A DNA stretch of 64,000 bases, from positions 3,924,265 to 3,988,264 of the forward strand of contig CAJINV010000007.1 in NCBI GenBank assembly GCA_905178155.1. Direction: 5' to 3'. This stretch comes from Amoebophrya sp. A120. Its lineage: Eukaryota > Protista > Dinoflagellata. Position 1 is the stretch's first letter; every line of letters starts with the position of its first letter. Positions 1 through 13,441 of the stretch are shown one piece after another. Position numbers and translations under genes: made by a program. The notes beneath the pieces are model-generated. The model saw only the letters and a program-made list of their open reading frames with translations, was not told the origin of the DNA and made no database searches.

Positions 1-301
1 CGAACAAAATTAATAAGTAAAAACGCGAATTTATTTTTCTGGTCAAGCATCATCACCATCAACAGCATCGTTATTACCAGCCAGGAATATGGCTCGGGCT
101 TCTCAAACGATAACAGTTTTTTACAAGATCGGCTGTAAAAATTCACGTATTTTTAAAGATGTTGTTGATGTTGGGTGCAACAGAAAAACGACCACCATCT
201 TCTTCAAGGAAAGAATAAAGACCGAGGACAAGGCGACCACATAGGTTGTAACTCAATGATGATCTTCTATTAGCTGAGTCAATCTAATAAATGGAAGCTA
301 T

Positions 302-1315
302 CCCGCCCTTGTAGGGAAGGGAGCCCATGTGCTCGGAGCACAAAAGTACTTGGTCTGTCTTTAGGACCCAGCAGATGCCAGGACCGACTGGCAACGCGCT
401 CAGAGTGAGACAATGCATCCGCCTCAGCTACGCGAGGCCTGTGGAGCGTCTGGCCTAGTTTGGTCCGTGGAACGCTCGTCGCAGCCGGTCTAGCTCGCAG
501 CTAGACCATTGCGCGCCACCTTCAGCGTCTAAAAACATTGCCCACGCCACTGCAGCCTCCCCCGTGGCATGTCCGTCGCATCCGATCGCCTGCGTGTGCA
601 GCCCCGGAGCATACGGCAACGGGACGCCAATACAGGGCCACGCAGCGAGCGCGCAAAGATGTGCGAGGCACGAAGGTCCGCGACTGCCATGCGCCTCCCT
701 GCCACCTAGCACCAGAAAGCCATGGGCCCGCGTCCGGAGGATTGGGCTGCGCCCCGGATGTTTCTCACTTAGGCGCGTGGACGCATGCAAGGCCCTCGCA
801 GGGCTGGCGCCTGCGCCTTTCCCGTGCGTCCGCGTCTGCCCTCCGGTTGCTGCCGTAGAGGTTGCCCTGACATCGGGGGCCTGCTCGTAGTAGATCCCCC
901 CCCTCCTCCTCTCTCTGTCTGTGAAGAGCTGGAGTAGTAGCATCCGCTAGAATGCAGGACGCAGGATGCACGATGAACGCGGCACAAGGCTCGTAGCCCG
1001 CCGCCGACATTGCAAGACCGTGGCAAAATCAATCAGCACGACGCTCGTAGCGAAGACGCATTGATGCGGCCATCAGGAGCATGGATATAGAGCCCGCCGG
1101 TGCGCTCTAAGTCGCCCCCCCCAGCAAAGGGAGGCCCAGGCACCTCCAGGATCCTTGTTCACCTCTTGCAACGTTCGCCCACATCACGAACGCAGAGGGT
1201 TCCTTCACACCCTTGCTCGCCCGTACTACGCTGGGTGGATCACTTTCCGGGAGACAGGATCAAATTTAGAGCACCACAAACCTCTCGCAGAGCCGCGTGG
1301 AGCGTGTGTGTATGT
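302..1315 (+). mobile_element. Probable 5'-truncated, decayed non-LTR retroelement insertion
   Basis: GC-rich 1014-bp block flanked by a perfect 15-bp direct repeat ATAAATGGAAGCTAT (287-301 and 1316-1330), ending in a GTGTGTGTATGT tail. Frameshifted C-x-C...H...C, RH.KVRD and GLRPDV-like fragments at about 590-765. Confidence 0.6.
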
Positions 1316-2925
1316 ATAAATGGAAGCTATTCACTTTGTCAATGTGACGTCGAGATCGAGAACCTCCGTAACTGAAGTGAAGGTGGCAAAAAGAAAGCAG
1401 CGCTTCCTTGATTCTATTGCCTGCTCATAGAAAAAGCTCCCGCGGCAGAACCATAGATAGATATGATATATCAATTTCGAGCGATGCCTTTCATCCAAAA
1501 CCAAAACTGTAACAGTTCCATCTCCTCTCACCACCTCTTCCCAGGCCTCTGATATCTCAAACTTGGACTTGCTACGTAAGAAAGATAAAGCAAAAGTAAA
1601 ATAATAAAAGTAATGTTTGAAACCTATTTCCAGAACACCAAGCCATTCACTTACTCAAAGAAAGTTGTGCTTTGACTATTGTAATTGTTTATCAGTATTA
1701 CTTACATTCATCACTCAAATCGAACACACCTATCGGCGAAGGTGGTCGGCCGAGTCAAGATACTATATTCGAAATTGCTTAATCATGGAATAGTCTTTTC
1801 TCGACCTGAGATTTATGGTGTTTTTACCCTACTAGCCATTGATTCTGTTACTTTTTCCGCTCACAGTGCATACAGTGCGGGCGAAGACGCATAGTCGGTC
1901 AAACAAGAAATAGCACTTTATTTATTATTCTGGGTAGTTGAGTTGTTTTTTGCTCTTTCAGTGGCAGCTTTCAAGAATGGCAAGAGCACAAATAGCAACA
2001 AATTCTTGATTTTTGAAAGCCAAACTTTTTTTGCGGGGAGCTTGCTTGTGCCTTTGATGCCGCATAGCAGCTTGTAAGCGTGCTGAAAAGAAGATCCGGG
2101 GATAGTCAAACTCAAAGATTAGCACACAACCGAGAAGACACGGGTATACTTAAGTTTTTTCTCAACAACATTGCACTTACAAAACCTATAGATACATAAG
2201 TAGCTTCCCATCGCTGCTATACCGCGTTGTTTGACACGGGGAGGACAAGCGGGGGGCTAAATAAACCTGTGAGAAGTATTCTAGGTCTAGTCTCAGCTAG
2301 AGCCGTTTCCACCCGTCTGACAGATTTATGGCGCTACGCACTCTCACTTTTTACCACCCCTAGAGGCTCGAAAATTTTTATTTACCTTTGTTTTTGTTTG
2401 TTTTGATGCTTCGCGACGACGACTACACTTTAGTCTTACTTCACTGCGCAGGAAGCTTTAATTCTTATTGTGTCTTACACCGAGTTATGTTTATTTATTA
2501 AAGAAATCTAGTAGCAAGAGACCAAGCGCGCGAGTAGTTTTTATTTCAACCCTTTGATATTGTGCACAACTGAAGGAGTATTCACTTTATCTTTTATGAC
2601 CCGGATCAAAAAGCTATTAAACTTCTACAAGAGGTCCAATACATCAAACCTATGACCCCAGTTTTTTTCATGGCTTCCACCTCCGATTCTTCTCTCTGGA
2701 AGACGGTGGAGCCTTTCTGCACTTGAAGAACCTATCAGCACCACCATCGGCGATCGGCTGGCTTCGTGGATCATCATCTGAGAACTACGCTACTGGCAAC
2801 TTCTGAACTCTATCAACGAGGATCTTCTTGTTTCAAAAGACGTTGGAGCTGCAGACGGCTGCTTACTCCCTCGGACGAGACGAGGCGGGCGCTCTAATAC
2901 AACCTTTAGCTTTACCGCGAAGAAG

Positions 2926-4941
2926 ATGCCGCGGGACTCCCCCCCATTTCCCGCGTTTCCGCGCGAGGTCGAGAGCGGGCTGCACTTGAATGCGGTGCAA
3001 GAGGTTCACGACGGGATTTGGATCACTAACGCGGTCGGGTTGGCGTCGCGGGACTCGATTCTGCGGGTGAAGCCCAACTTGATAATCACGGTGGGGCAGG
3101 AATTCCGGCAGACCGGCCTGCCGCCCAGCATCCGCGACTTTTTCGCAAAAGACCCGTTAACACTAGGCGCTTCCGTATGGAACTGTAGTCAGAATCGAAA
3201 TTGACACAGTTGAAATCCTTTGTGATGCAAAAAATCGATACCGCTGGGACCGTGGGACCCACAAAATGTAGTCGGCGCATGACAAATTTTCCCCATGCTG
3301 CCGGAAGCAAATCCGTCATGCTGTTTAGGGCAAAGGAGCTCCCCTCTGTCATGCTAGGCAGCAGCCCAACAATGGACCCCTAGCAGGATTATAATCTGCC
3401 TCCCTTGCGTCCTCTGCAATAGAGTCACTTTTTGCGTCGCTGTTATATGCATTTGCGTTCGCCTTGCTACAGTGCTCTAGTACTCAAACTTCCCTGCGGC
3501 ATTTTATTTTTCAATATATGCATTTACAGGGATTCTTTCGACCTTGCTGATTTCGATCCTGACACTTCCATATTCCGCCTCCTTGGACGAGCTCGTCCCG
3601 AAGGACATTTTGGAGAAAGACTACCTCGCCTTCGGCCGGTATCCTGAGTAAAACCGATAGAGTGCCCATAGTTGTAGTAGTCCCTGGTGGGATGTTGAAC
3701 TACTTTACTTTGCTACAACATGAGAAATCTACCAACTGTGCGAGTCGTGCATGGCACTAATAAAGTTGGTTGGTCTATCTCGTGGCGATTCCGATTTTCT
3801 TTTAACTTTATTACAGCCGCATGATCAGAGTCAGAGACGATTCAACACATGTTGCTTCATGTTTATCTAAGTTAGAACATGATAACTTCCACAGCACGAT
3901 GAGATAAAAAGAATTCCGCTCATGCGTGGAAGCTGTCTAAGAGAAAGAGACTTGCTCCTGCACACCCCAAATTCGCATGACAAAGCCCTCCTCGTGGGTA
4001 TGTGCTTTTTACTCAGGATAGCCGACCATCGACGAGTGAAAAACTGGGCGACCTCGTACACGGCATCGAGGCGAATCGTATTCAGCACGAGGGGCAGAGC
4101 ACACATATGGAAGTGTCAGATTCGGAGCAAAATTGTAAAATGCGAATATATCAATCTTCTTGAGACGAGAGTAAGAGCCAAACCCGCTCCTCCTGGAGCA
4201 GACTCACAACCACGATCAACCTCGCTTGCCTTCGCTGCAAGGACGACAGACGCTTTCTGCTTCATAGCGTGATGTCCCGCTGTTCGTCCTGCATTTTCAT
4301 TCTGGACTATTTGCACCATAATTTTGCAACTTTCCACCTGACACCTCCATAAAGCAGAACGGGTTGGTACTCGGCAGCATCGACGGAAACAGCTGTGCCT
4401 ACTACAACGCGGGCAAAATTTACGAGGAGGATGAAAATAAAATCTTTTTGGAGCAGTGCGACCTGGAGGAGAAGGACCCCAATGGTCCTCCGGAAGACTG
4501 TGCGGAGGTACTTACCTATTCGACCTCCTGGTTGTGATGTTAAGTTGTACATGAATTTGGTGTACTAGGTTCTTTTGTACTTACACCGTTGTAGGACACC
4601 AGCACACTGATAGAAGTCGTGAAGTATTCAATCCCTTCGCCGTCCGCAAAAAAAAAAAGGTGAAAGCGTTGGAGTGTCTCGACGAGACCGTGCGGATCAT
4701 GGAACAGCGCATGGGCGTATCAAATGTAAAAATGTCTGGGTCTGGAAATTTGTGATGCTAAAATGTGCATGATGAAAACACTTCTGAATGCAGTCCGGTA
4801 TGACAACTTCCGAAAACGCTTTCTCATAGGCAATCCGCATGAGAAACTGCGTTTTTGCATGACAATGATGATGAGGTCGGATCGACGAGGTGCGTCAGGG
4901 GGCGTCACTCACTCATTCATTCATTCAGGGGGTCCGTCTCA

Positions 4942-4972
<31 letters not shown>

Positions 4973-6804
4973 CAAAAGAGGCTGCGACTCTTGTTGGTTT
5001 ATGCAATACAGATTTTCTAGGTATGGAAAGCTAGCATTACAAGTTCCAACCTTCCAGACCCAGACATTTTTACAATCCATAGGGCGATTGCACCGGTTGC
5101 AGGCCGGAGGGAGCGAGCTGTCTCATCGTCTGCGCTTCGGGGTGCAACAAGTCCGTCATGGTTGCGTGTGCGTTCATCGTATCAAATGCAACGGATTCTA
5201 TGTATCGTGTCTTCAGGCACAGAGAACAAATATGTTTGAAATTCATCAAATCACATATACTAGGCACGACTTCGACTTGCAATGCAAGATTTGCATCACA
5301 GTCTATCAACTCCAACTGGTGTACTTAGTTCAGTTCGTTGACTGGCAGCAAACAAGGAAGCGTTCTTGTACCCCTCTACTAGGCGGAATGGAGGTACTTA
5401 CTCTGCAACGCAGAAGATTATGTGCCTGTCAGTTCTTGCACAACCTGGCCGCGTCGTGGTGGTGGTGCATAGATTAACTAATTCTTCTCGCCTCCGTGCA
5501 GGAGGCCTCACTAGATGCATGCCTTTTAGGCAGCCAATCATCATGCCAAGCAACATCATTTCTCCTGCCGCGAAACGAACTTTACTGAAATCACCTGACA
5601 GACACAGACAGATAGTTGCATTGGATAAATGAACCGCTTTCGTCATTTGCCGTTGGTCGAGGCCTTTGAAGCAATCTGGCAGTATAGTGAATCTAATTTT
5701 GATTTTCTTACTCTTTGTGCACATGCATGATTGTTTTTGTTGTACTCGTCCCCGCAATTTTATCTTTGGCAGCTTTATTTCGTCTTCGAGGTCAAATAAC
5801 TCGAACACGAAGTCAAACCACATTTATTTGAAGATAGTAAATCATTTTGGAACGTTTCTTTGTAACACGAAGAAGGAATGAAAATCAGTAAAATTTTTAT
5901 GCATGTGTATCCTATCATCCTCAGAATCCGTCCCGGCGTTTGGTTGACCCCCTACTTGATGCGGCTGTGCAGCATCTACGAAGCGTCCCTGTTTCGCAAT
6001 GTGGTGCGGCGCGGTAAGGGCCTGATGCAGAGTTTGGCGGGCGGTAGCAGAAACAACGAAGCACTGCTGCAACAGATGGCGCACCAATTCCAGGCTGACG
6101 TGCCTTCGGTCGATCTGCAGGAGTACACCGCCATCACGGAGCAACATCGCCACATCCTCGACCCAATTCGCGAACTGGAGAGATCTTTTTTCGTTTCCGT
6201 GTTTGAACGTTTTTCTCAGCCTCCTCCGGGGGAGTCGCGGGTGGTCGGGGTCGAGAACAAGCCCAAGCAGTCCAGTTCTTCTTCCTCCTCCTCGCAGTCG
6301 ACCTCGACTACGAGAGAGGAATCAAAAACCGAAGTGGCCAGGGCGGTCGTGGACCACGACAAAGGCAAAGCTACGGTACAACTTGGACAGCATAACAAAA
6401 TGTTGAAACTGGACGGCGCACATCAAAACGTGAACAAAGAGCCCGTAGTGCTTCTCTCTGACCATGGGATGTTGCCCAAAGGAGGTCAGGATTTCATCTG
6501 TGGGCCAAGAGACACTAGTATCTAATGCAAAAGTATCGCACTCGTACTATATCGTTATTGCAGTCGTGCATGTTGACAGATCTATGGCCTATAGGCAAAT
6601 CAGCGTATATGAGTCTCACTGTCACCATGATTGTGTTGCATTTTATACGTCGTACAACTTGGTGCCACGATACTTTAGCATTCGATAGCTAGCACGACGC
6701 CGGAATCGGTCGTTTCGACCTCTTACCCGACAAGCGGGATACTAGATACCGGCGTTGGAGCTGAAGAAACGTCACCTCCCTCGCAGGGCAACTACAGTCG
6801 CTAA
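2926..6804 (+). CDS. Dual-specificity phosphatase-fold protein, about 9 exons, atypical P-loop
   Basis: Spliced exons give EVHDGIWITN...LDETVRIMEQ...CLIVCASGCNKSVMVACAFIMNRFRHLPLVEAFEAIWQIRPGVWLTPYLMRLCSIYE, matching the DSP layout (HCxxGxxRS...AYLM...RP...QL..YE). Stop TAA at 6802-6804 after the last introner. Confidence 0.75.
3176..3572. mobile_element. Introner, family A (TATGGAAGTGTCAGGATCGAAATC-type TIR)
   Basis: TSD TTCCG (3171-75 / 3573-77), imperfect TIR. Removal gives LGAS-ASLDELVPKD. Confidence 0.85.
3640..4020. mobile_element. Introner (TATCCTGAGTAAAA TIR)
   Basis: Perfect 14-bp TIR, TSD GCCGG/GCCGA. Removal gives FGR-PSTSEKL. Confidence 0.85.
4106..4351. mobile_element. Introner, family A (degenerate)
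   Basis: TATGGAAGTGTCAG ... CTGACACCTCCATA ends. TSD not recognisable. Confidence 0.65.
4718..5081. mobile_element. Introner, family D (TATCAAATGTAAAAATGTCTGGGTCTGGAA TIR)
   Basis: TSD GGGCG (4713-17 / 5082-86). Removal gives RMG-DCTGCRPEG. Contains an (ATG)10 microsatellite at 4942-4971. Confidence 0.9.
5180..5627. mobile_element. Introner (TATCAAATGCAAC / GTTGCATTGGATA ends)
   Basis: 13-bp TIR with 1 mismatch, between AFI and MNRFRH of the DSP domain. TSD eroded. Confidence 0.6.
6519..6687. mobile_element. Introner, family H (TATxxxTGCAAAAGTATCGCACT TIR)
   Basis: TSD ACTAG/GCTAG. TIR related to elements at 13891 and 25537. Confidence 0.75.
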
Positions 6805-9073
6805 AGAATAAAGTCCTCCACGACGAGAATCCATACCTGTCGGAAAATAAAAAGAGTACAACAACACATCACGACGACGAGGAAAACGACCCCGCCGACC
6901 TCGTATTACTTCATTCTTTGAGGCTCAACAGCGACGATGATGAGAAAGAAGCGTAAGTAATCACTTATGATACAGAACAAGTTTTAATACCCTTAGTGAG
7001 TAGACCGCGAGGACTGCTTTTTCACCAATGCAACATATTTTTAGCAAGCTGCTGCTTGGGATCATATAAGTATTCTTGTTTTTGTTTTGTGTGCAGTCTG
7101 ACTCTCTCGGCGAAATAAGAAAAGAGCGCGCTTTCGTACACGTACTAACTCTGTACTGACAACTGAGGTGCTTCCGCAGGGAAGACAAGTTTCGTGTGGA
7201 ACGCAGTCTTGTACAAGTAATCACGGCGCAAAATCTTGCACACATGCAGAGTTCCTCAGAGAGAGAAGTGGTCATGTCTGTGTCCATTCAGTGATGGATG
7301 ATGTGATTTTTATGCAGCTTTTTCTATTCGATCAGGAGCGTCATTCTCATTTCTGCTCTTTTCCGGAAGGGACGCCACGCTGTAATATTGTAACGCGGCG
7401 CGGAAGACGCACGATTTGCGCCGCATACTTTTCATGAAAATAATGAATACTAGTACGTCTTCCGCGGTACAGATAAAATTCCTAAATGCTGTAATAATAC
7501 AAGATGAAGTGGCTCCTACAACAAAAGAAGAAAAGTTTCCAAGTAGATAGAAAGTGATTCGAGGTCTACTAGCTATATGTAAATTTGTTTCGGTTGGTCC
7601 AACCGTTGGATGGTTGAGAAAATGAAAAGAAATATTGCTAGTAGAAGAAGCAGGGTAAATGAAAAAATGTACCAGACAACTCAACTTCAAGTGGTCTCTT
7701 ACTCTGATTGATGTTTCCACCCCGAGGACTTCCCTGCTCGCTGGGTTGATCAAGCTCATTCCCCAACGATATTGTATATGGCGATAAATTGGTTGGCAAA
7801 GGCAAAGTGTATTGGGGGTGGGGCTTGTTGAAGATGGAGATGTTGAAAACTCGTAATAAATGTTTTTTTCATGATTCATCGTGGCTCATCATCTTGCTCT
7901 TCAGCTAGCGCACGCGCTTCGGATCTGACGGATTGTACTTCTAGAGAGTAGCTTTTTTACCAGTATAATATTAAGTTCGTTTTTGTAAAAACACTCGCCA
8001 CTAGAACTCCTCTGACGACCGAAAAAACCTGCAAAATCATCGACAAGAAATGGAAATGCCGCGACCTAGAAATCTTGGACAACATCCTCTATTTTTTGTC
8101 ATACTAGCTGCCATCTACTCGTCGTCGTCCCAAGATGAACTCAAACAAAGATGGGTGTCTAAAAATTTCAGAAAATTTTTTCAATCCCACGACACGTTGT
8201 TCGATTGATATCCACGTACAACTACTGGTAGGGCGACTTTCACCCAAAAAATTAAAGTGCTCGGGGGCATTAGCTTTGACCACTTCTACTTACGCGAATA
8301 CATCATCACTCTCGTTGGCGACTGGACTTTCGACAAGCGAACAAACCCATTACTATGTCATCTTCTGCTTCAACAAAGGAGGCACGTCACAAAGAGTTCT
8401 CTCAAATGTTGTTTTCGAAAATGACCTGAATATTGTAAACGCATGAAAGACTGCTCGCTAGTACAACTTCATGTCCTTGAGCGCGGTGCTGGACTCAGGC
8501 ATGACTTCGTGACATATCAGAGTGTTCAAGTTAAAATGTTTATTTAATGGTCGTTTATAATTTAGATACGGTTTCAATTTCGAAGCATATGGTGCGCTGT
8601 CACTGTCAGTTTTTTCTTTCAATCCCCAAATAAAAGCAAAGTATAAAGCTCCGGCCAACCAGGAGGACGGTGTAAGTTGTATAATGGCAAAATATCATCT
8701 AGAAAAAGACGCATGAAGATGAATCTATCATCTACCTTCCTATCGGGAGTACCAGAAAAACTGGAGCGCGAGAAACCAAATCGAAGTGAAAAAATAAAGC
8801 GACCATGATTGACTTGTTGTTCGCAAGTGATATCACATCAGTTTTCCACTACGAACAGTTCCCCGCTCCAGCGGCAGGCCCTGTGGGGTTGCATGATCTT
8901 CCCACGAAAAAAATATTTATTCCCCCTGATAAATATTTATTCCCCCTATTCTGCAAGAACTCGTCGCCCCGGCCCTTGTAGAAGGAAACAGAACTGCACG
9001 ACCATGATCAGGAGTTGTATGTCCATATATACTAGAACTCGCCAGAATATTAAAGACAAGGCTCCTGAACAAA

Positions 9074-9922
9074 ATGACCGCAGTCACGCTTCACGTTTAT
9101 GATTTGACCGACCAGGCTGCCTTCTGTTGTGGGTTTTTCCACACGGGTGTGGTCGTGAACAATGTGGAATGGAGTTTCGGTTCGGGCGGCGGTATCACCG
9201 GGTCTAGCCCCGGGCTGGACGGGCATTCCGTTCCGGACGGCTGCCGCTTCCGGGAGGCGATCTTACTGGGATACATTGACCGCAACTCGGATATCTCCCG
9301 CGCGCTAGACCGCTTACGCCCCGAGTTCCAGGGCAACAGCTACCATTTGGTGTTCAAGAACTGCAATGACTTTTCGCGACGCTTCTACGCCGAGCTGTTC
9401 CAGCTGTCGGGCAGGGAGGTAACGGGCAAGGAGAACAAGTTTCCGAACTACATCAACCGGCTGGCGTGGTGGGGCCGGCAGTGGCCCATTTGCAAGTGCG
9501 TACCGGGCAACGAGCAGTTTGACCCCGGAAGGAACGGCGGGGCCGCGAACAGTGGCAGCAACGTTCCGCCCACCCGACCACTGATTGCGACGAACGCGTT
9601 TCCCCGACCAGACAGCTGGACCACCGGCGGGGGTCCGATAAGCTCATCTTCGGGGAGACGGCTGGGGGACAGAAGTACCGCTTCCTCCGCACGCAGCACC
9701 TCCGCCAGCACAACGGCCGACGAACAGGAACGGTCGCTCCTGTCGCGCACCAAATCCGCATTGTCTTCCCTCTTCGGACGTGGCCGGGCGTCGGAAGAGG
9801 AAACTCAGCCGACTCTGGGGGGTGGAAATGCAACCGCGACTGGCGGTGGTGGTACCAATGCGCGGGAAGTTCAAGCCAAAGCGGCCGAGGAAAGAAGCCG
9901 ATTAGCGGAGAATCGGGCGTGA
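9074..9922 (+). CDS. PPPDE/DeSI (peptidase C97) deSUMOylating/deubiquitinating isopeptidase, intronless
   Basis: V.LHVYDL, FFHTGVVV..VEWSFG (catalytic His), YHLVFKNCNDFS (catalytic Cys), P.YINRLA. Low-complexity C-terminal tail. Confidence 0.9.
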   Translation: MTAVTLHVYDLTDQAAFCCGFFHTGVVVNNVEWSFGSGGGITGSSPGLDGHSVPDGCRFREAILLGYIDRNSDISRALDRLRPEFQGNSYHLVFKNCNDFSRRFYAELFQLSGREVTGKENKFPNYINRLAWWGRQWPICKCVPGNEQFDPGRNGGAANSGSNVPPTRPLIATNAFPRPDSWTTGGGPISSSSGRRLGDRSTASSARSTSASTTADEQERSLLSRTKSALSSLFGRGRASEEETQPTLGGGNATATGGGGTNAREVQAKAAEERSRLAENRA

Positions 9923-10473
9923 GAAATATATCTTGATGAAGGAGGTTTCAGGTGGCCCGGTTGATAGTGATTTTTGAGCTTGCAAATGAACTACCATAGG
10001 TGAAAGTGACAACTCCTGCATAATTGAGAAAGTGACAACTCCTGCCTCGTCCAGGACCTGGACGCAGATTTGCCTCCAGGTCCTGGACGCAAATCTGCGT
10101 GAAGATATCTGCAGGGAAAATCAACCCTCTCTGTCGTTGTAGACGGAAAAACTTGAGGCGGAGCTTGTTCACTTTTCCTTGTCTCCTGTTCATACGATAC
10201 TGTTTTTTCACAACTGAAAACAGGGGATATTACGATCTGCACAAATACGACACAGTGAAGATATGATACGCCTTAGTCACGTATGTCGCTGCGAATGCGA
10301 TCAAGATATAGCTGAACATCGATGACTTTACGCTTTCTCGTGCTGGTCGGTTGGTCTGTGCTTCTTTTCTGATAACCTTCGCTGATGCGTTTTTCGATGA
10401 ATGATTTTTCTGAGACGAGAACCTACCATCCTACTCGCGCATAAACGTCATCAATGACCACCTTTTATTTAAA

Positions 10474-13441
10474 ATGGCCGCGAGGAGTAAGCTACCTGCA
10501 GCAGAAGAACACGCACGCAAGACCGGTGAAGACAATTATCAAAGTGGTGGCGCTGGCAACATCAACTTCAACATCAAAAATGAGACTACTACAGCATCGT
10601 TTTCTGCAAATACAGCCAAACCCACTAATCTGGCAAAAAAGCACATCGTGTCGTTCGCAGAAGCCTGCAGAATTTTGTCGGACTTTGTGGCTGGCCGACA
10701 GCAGGAACAGCGAAATCAGGAACAGGTTGAACAAGTAGAACACTGCGGGTCTTCAAATAAACAGTCAGGTAGTTCCTCCATTCTTGTGCAAGGACCACGT
10801 CGAGATGAGGAAATTACCGTCGGAGTTTTCGACGAGCCCGGCTACCTCACCTCGCGCGACTCGGGCTTTTGGCGCTTACAGCACAGCAGGGAGAGCATGT
10901 GGCGGATAATATTACAGCAAAGCCAAAGCAAACGCGAATTCTCCTCGGGAGATGGTTTGATTATTTCGGGGTCTGAAGACGTTGACATGGGCGGTATTTT
11001 TGACATTGGTGGAGCTGGCGCAACAACTGCTGCCGCAGGAGGAGCTTTCGGAGGTCTAATGATGCAAGACGTCGAGGAGGCACCAGGGCGGAAAGGTGTT
11101 CCAACAGCAGGAAACAAGCAGCTGCAACAGCAAGCGCGGCTACAGCGGGACGAAGTTGTTCTAGGTCATTCTGATGAAACAAATTCTGCTGTTCAGTGGA
11201 TCTCCGGCGAACCTCCAGATGAGTTTTCTTTACCAACTCGGAGCTACGACCCGTACGCCCCGCTTCTCGGTCCGTGTGCAGTGTATGGGAAAAGGGACTA
11301 CAAGACACGGACAATCGACGTGGACCGGATTTTGCAGCTCGGTGATTTTTTGCCGCTAGTAAAAACGACCTGCAAGAGGAACCGGCGGACTCCTGGTCCT
11401 GCAGCGCGCGTCACTACTGACAAATCCGTTGAACAAGGAGAACCTGGTGCAAGCTCTACTTCCAATATGTTGGTTGCGGAACAACGACCTCCGAGGACGA
11501 GCAAGAGAAGATCTACTTCCTCGTCAACATTCATGAAAAATGGCGCGAAAATTTTTACGCTGCACTCTGGCTTCCTGCAACACGATACCAAGGAGGCGGC
11601 TTTGCTGTTGCTGTTATTGCTGCAGTACTTCCACCAGGAAGGTGGCGATCAACATGAACATCTTGCAAAGGGCGCGGATAATCACGTGGACGCAGAGGCA
11701 GGCGACGAAATTGTATGCGGTCAAGAAGAAGATATAATCGGATTTGGACCGCGAGCTCGGACGGAGGAGAGCAAGAATAGCAAAACGCGGGAAGGAACAC
11801 AGAATTTCGCCTGCCGTTCGAGAAGTCTTCTCATTGTCGGTCCGCTGCCCCATCCCAATCTGATGGCGCTCGTCGACGTGTGGCTGTTGAATGTGAAAAA
11901 TTGCCTTTCTGACAAAGCAGCAACAAACCGAATAGATGTCGAAGTGTCCACAGTAAATTTCCCATACACGACGTACCAATTCTGTTTCTTCTACTGCATG
12001 AAAAAACTTGCCTTCGAACCAAATATCACATGTTGACAAGTAGGACATAACTCTAAGTTAGCGAAATTTTTCGTCATGCTACATTTTGTAGGTGTGTGGA
12101 GAAATTTGTGTTGCATACAAAGCAACTGCTGCTTCTAGTACTGGCGAAAAAGAAGACCACAGGCTGCATTCCGTCATCCGCTGGGTCCTCGACATTGAGC
12201 CCAGCGCGCAGTTGCAGGTTTTGCAGCCGGCGGTTGCAGCGGCGTTCCCTCTCTCCGCAGTTCGGCCGGAGTTTTTCCGTAACGTCGTCGAGTTCTTTTA
12301 TTCCAGCCCTGGGTGGTGGAGAAGTCGAGGTCCTCCTGAGGGGCGACAAGCAGATGTTGGTGTTGCCTCTTCTGGAACGAAAGACCGACCCCGGGAAGAT
12401 GAAATGGATGTCGACGTTACTAGTGAGCATCAGTTTGGGAAGGGACCACGAGGAGGAAGACACACTGACCATAACGAGGACGACGAAGACATTATGAATA
12501 CTGGCAAAAAAAGCTTGACGGCACATCAGATGGAGCAGAGAGGGAAAGGCTCACTACAGCAATTTAAAATTCTGCTGGTGCTCTCAGATGATTCTTCTTC
12601 CCGACCAGGACAGAGCGGAAACGAATCGCAATTAACGCGGGGGTCATGTACGTCTACATTTACCCTCCAGAACCGTGTTGTCGCGCAGGATAGATGCGTC
12701 GCCACGGAAGGACTGCATGCGGTTGCGTTCGTGGAGAGGCAAGTGTGCGGGGATGATTCGTTTTCATCTGCATTTGAAGAAAAGCCACGACTACATCAAG
12801 ACGTCGATATGTTGGAGGACAATTTCGTCCACATGGCGCACTCTGGGCGGTTGTGCGGTTTTTGGCAGGACAAGACCAGTCTTCAACATCGCGCGCATCG
12901 GGACAAAATTCTGCTGGGAAAAGGTTGTTACAAAAATACTGTCGTGAGGACTTCGTCTAATAAAGAAGTAAGCGATCATCATGCTAGTAGTACTGCTTCT
13001 CTGGTGACACCAAGAATTAGTTCCTCATCTACAGTTTTTCATCTGTATGCCTTTGAACTGTGCACCACCTACACTGACAATGAAGACGGCGGACAAAACA
13101 ACCCAGCATCTGAATCCTTTTCACTACAGCGCCATTGCATTGAGTTTGACGCACTGAGAACACTTTTTGATGAACAAGAAAGGCAAGAAAAAGAAGCATC
13201 TTCTGTCATCCGCATCCCACTTTTGTCGAGTCAGTTCGATGACGGGAACCGAAGTTTTGCATTGTGCGGCTGTGAAGAAGGGCCGGAACAACAAACGTCG
13301 CAGTCGTGTTCAGGAGTCGCTTCCAGAACCAAAGAAGACCACATCGAGATTTCGACGTTTTGTAGTGGATCTGATAAATTATATCTTCTTCAATCGAAGT
13401 ACTTCTTATGCCCCGCGGCCTCGTCACAGGTTGGCCAATAA
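10474..13441 (+). CDS. Large hypothetical protein (2 exons)
   Basis: ORFs of 520 and 449 aa join in frame via a 205-nt intron bounded by direct repeat CAAAGCA (11913-19 / 12118-24), giving SDK-ATAASS. No family recognised. Confidence 0.6.

Noticed and set aside
4890-5477. 195-aa ORF with a poly-Asp tract
   Set aside because: It spans an introner microsatellite and an out-of-frame exon of the DSP gene.
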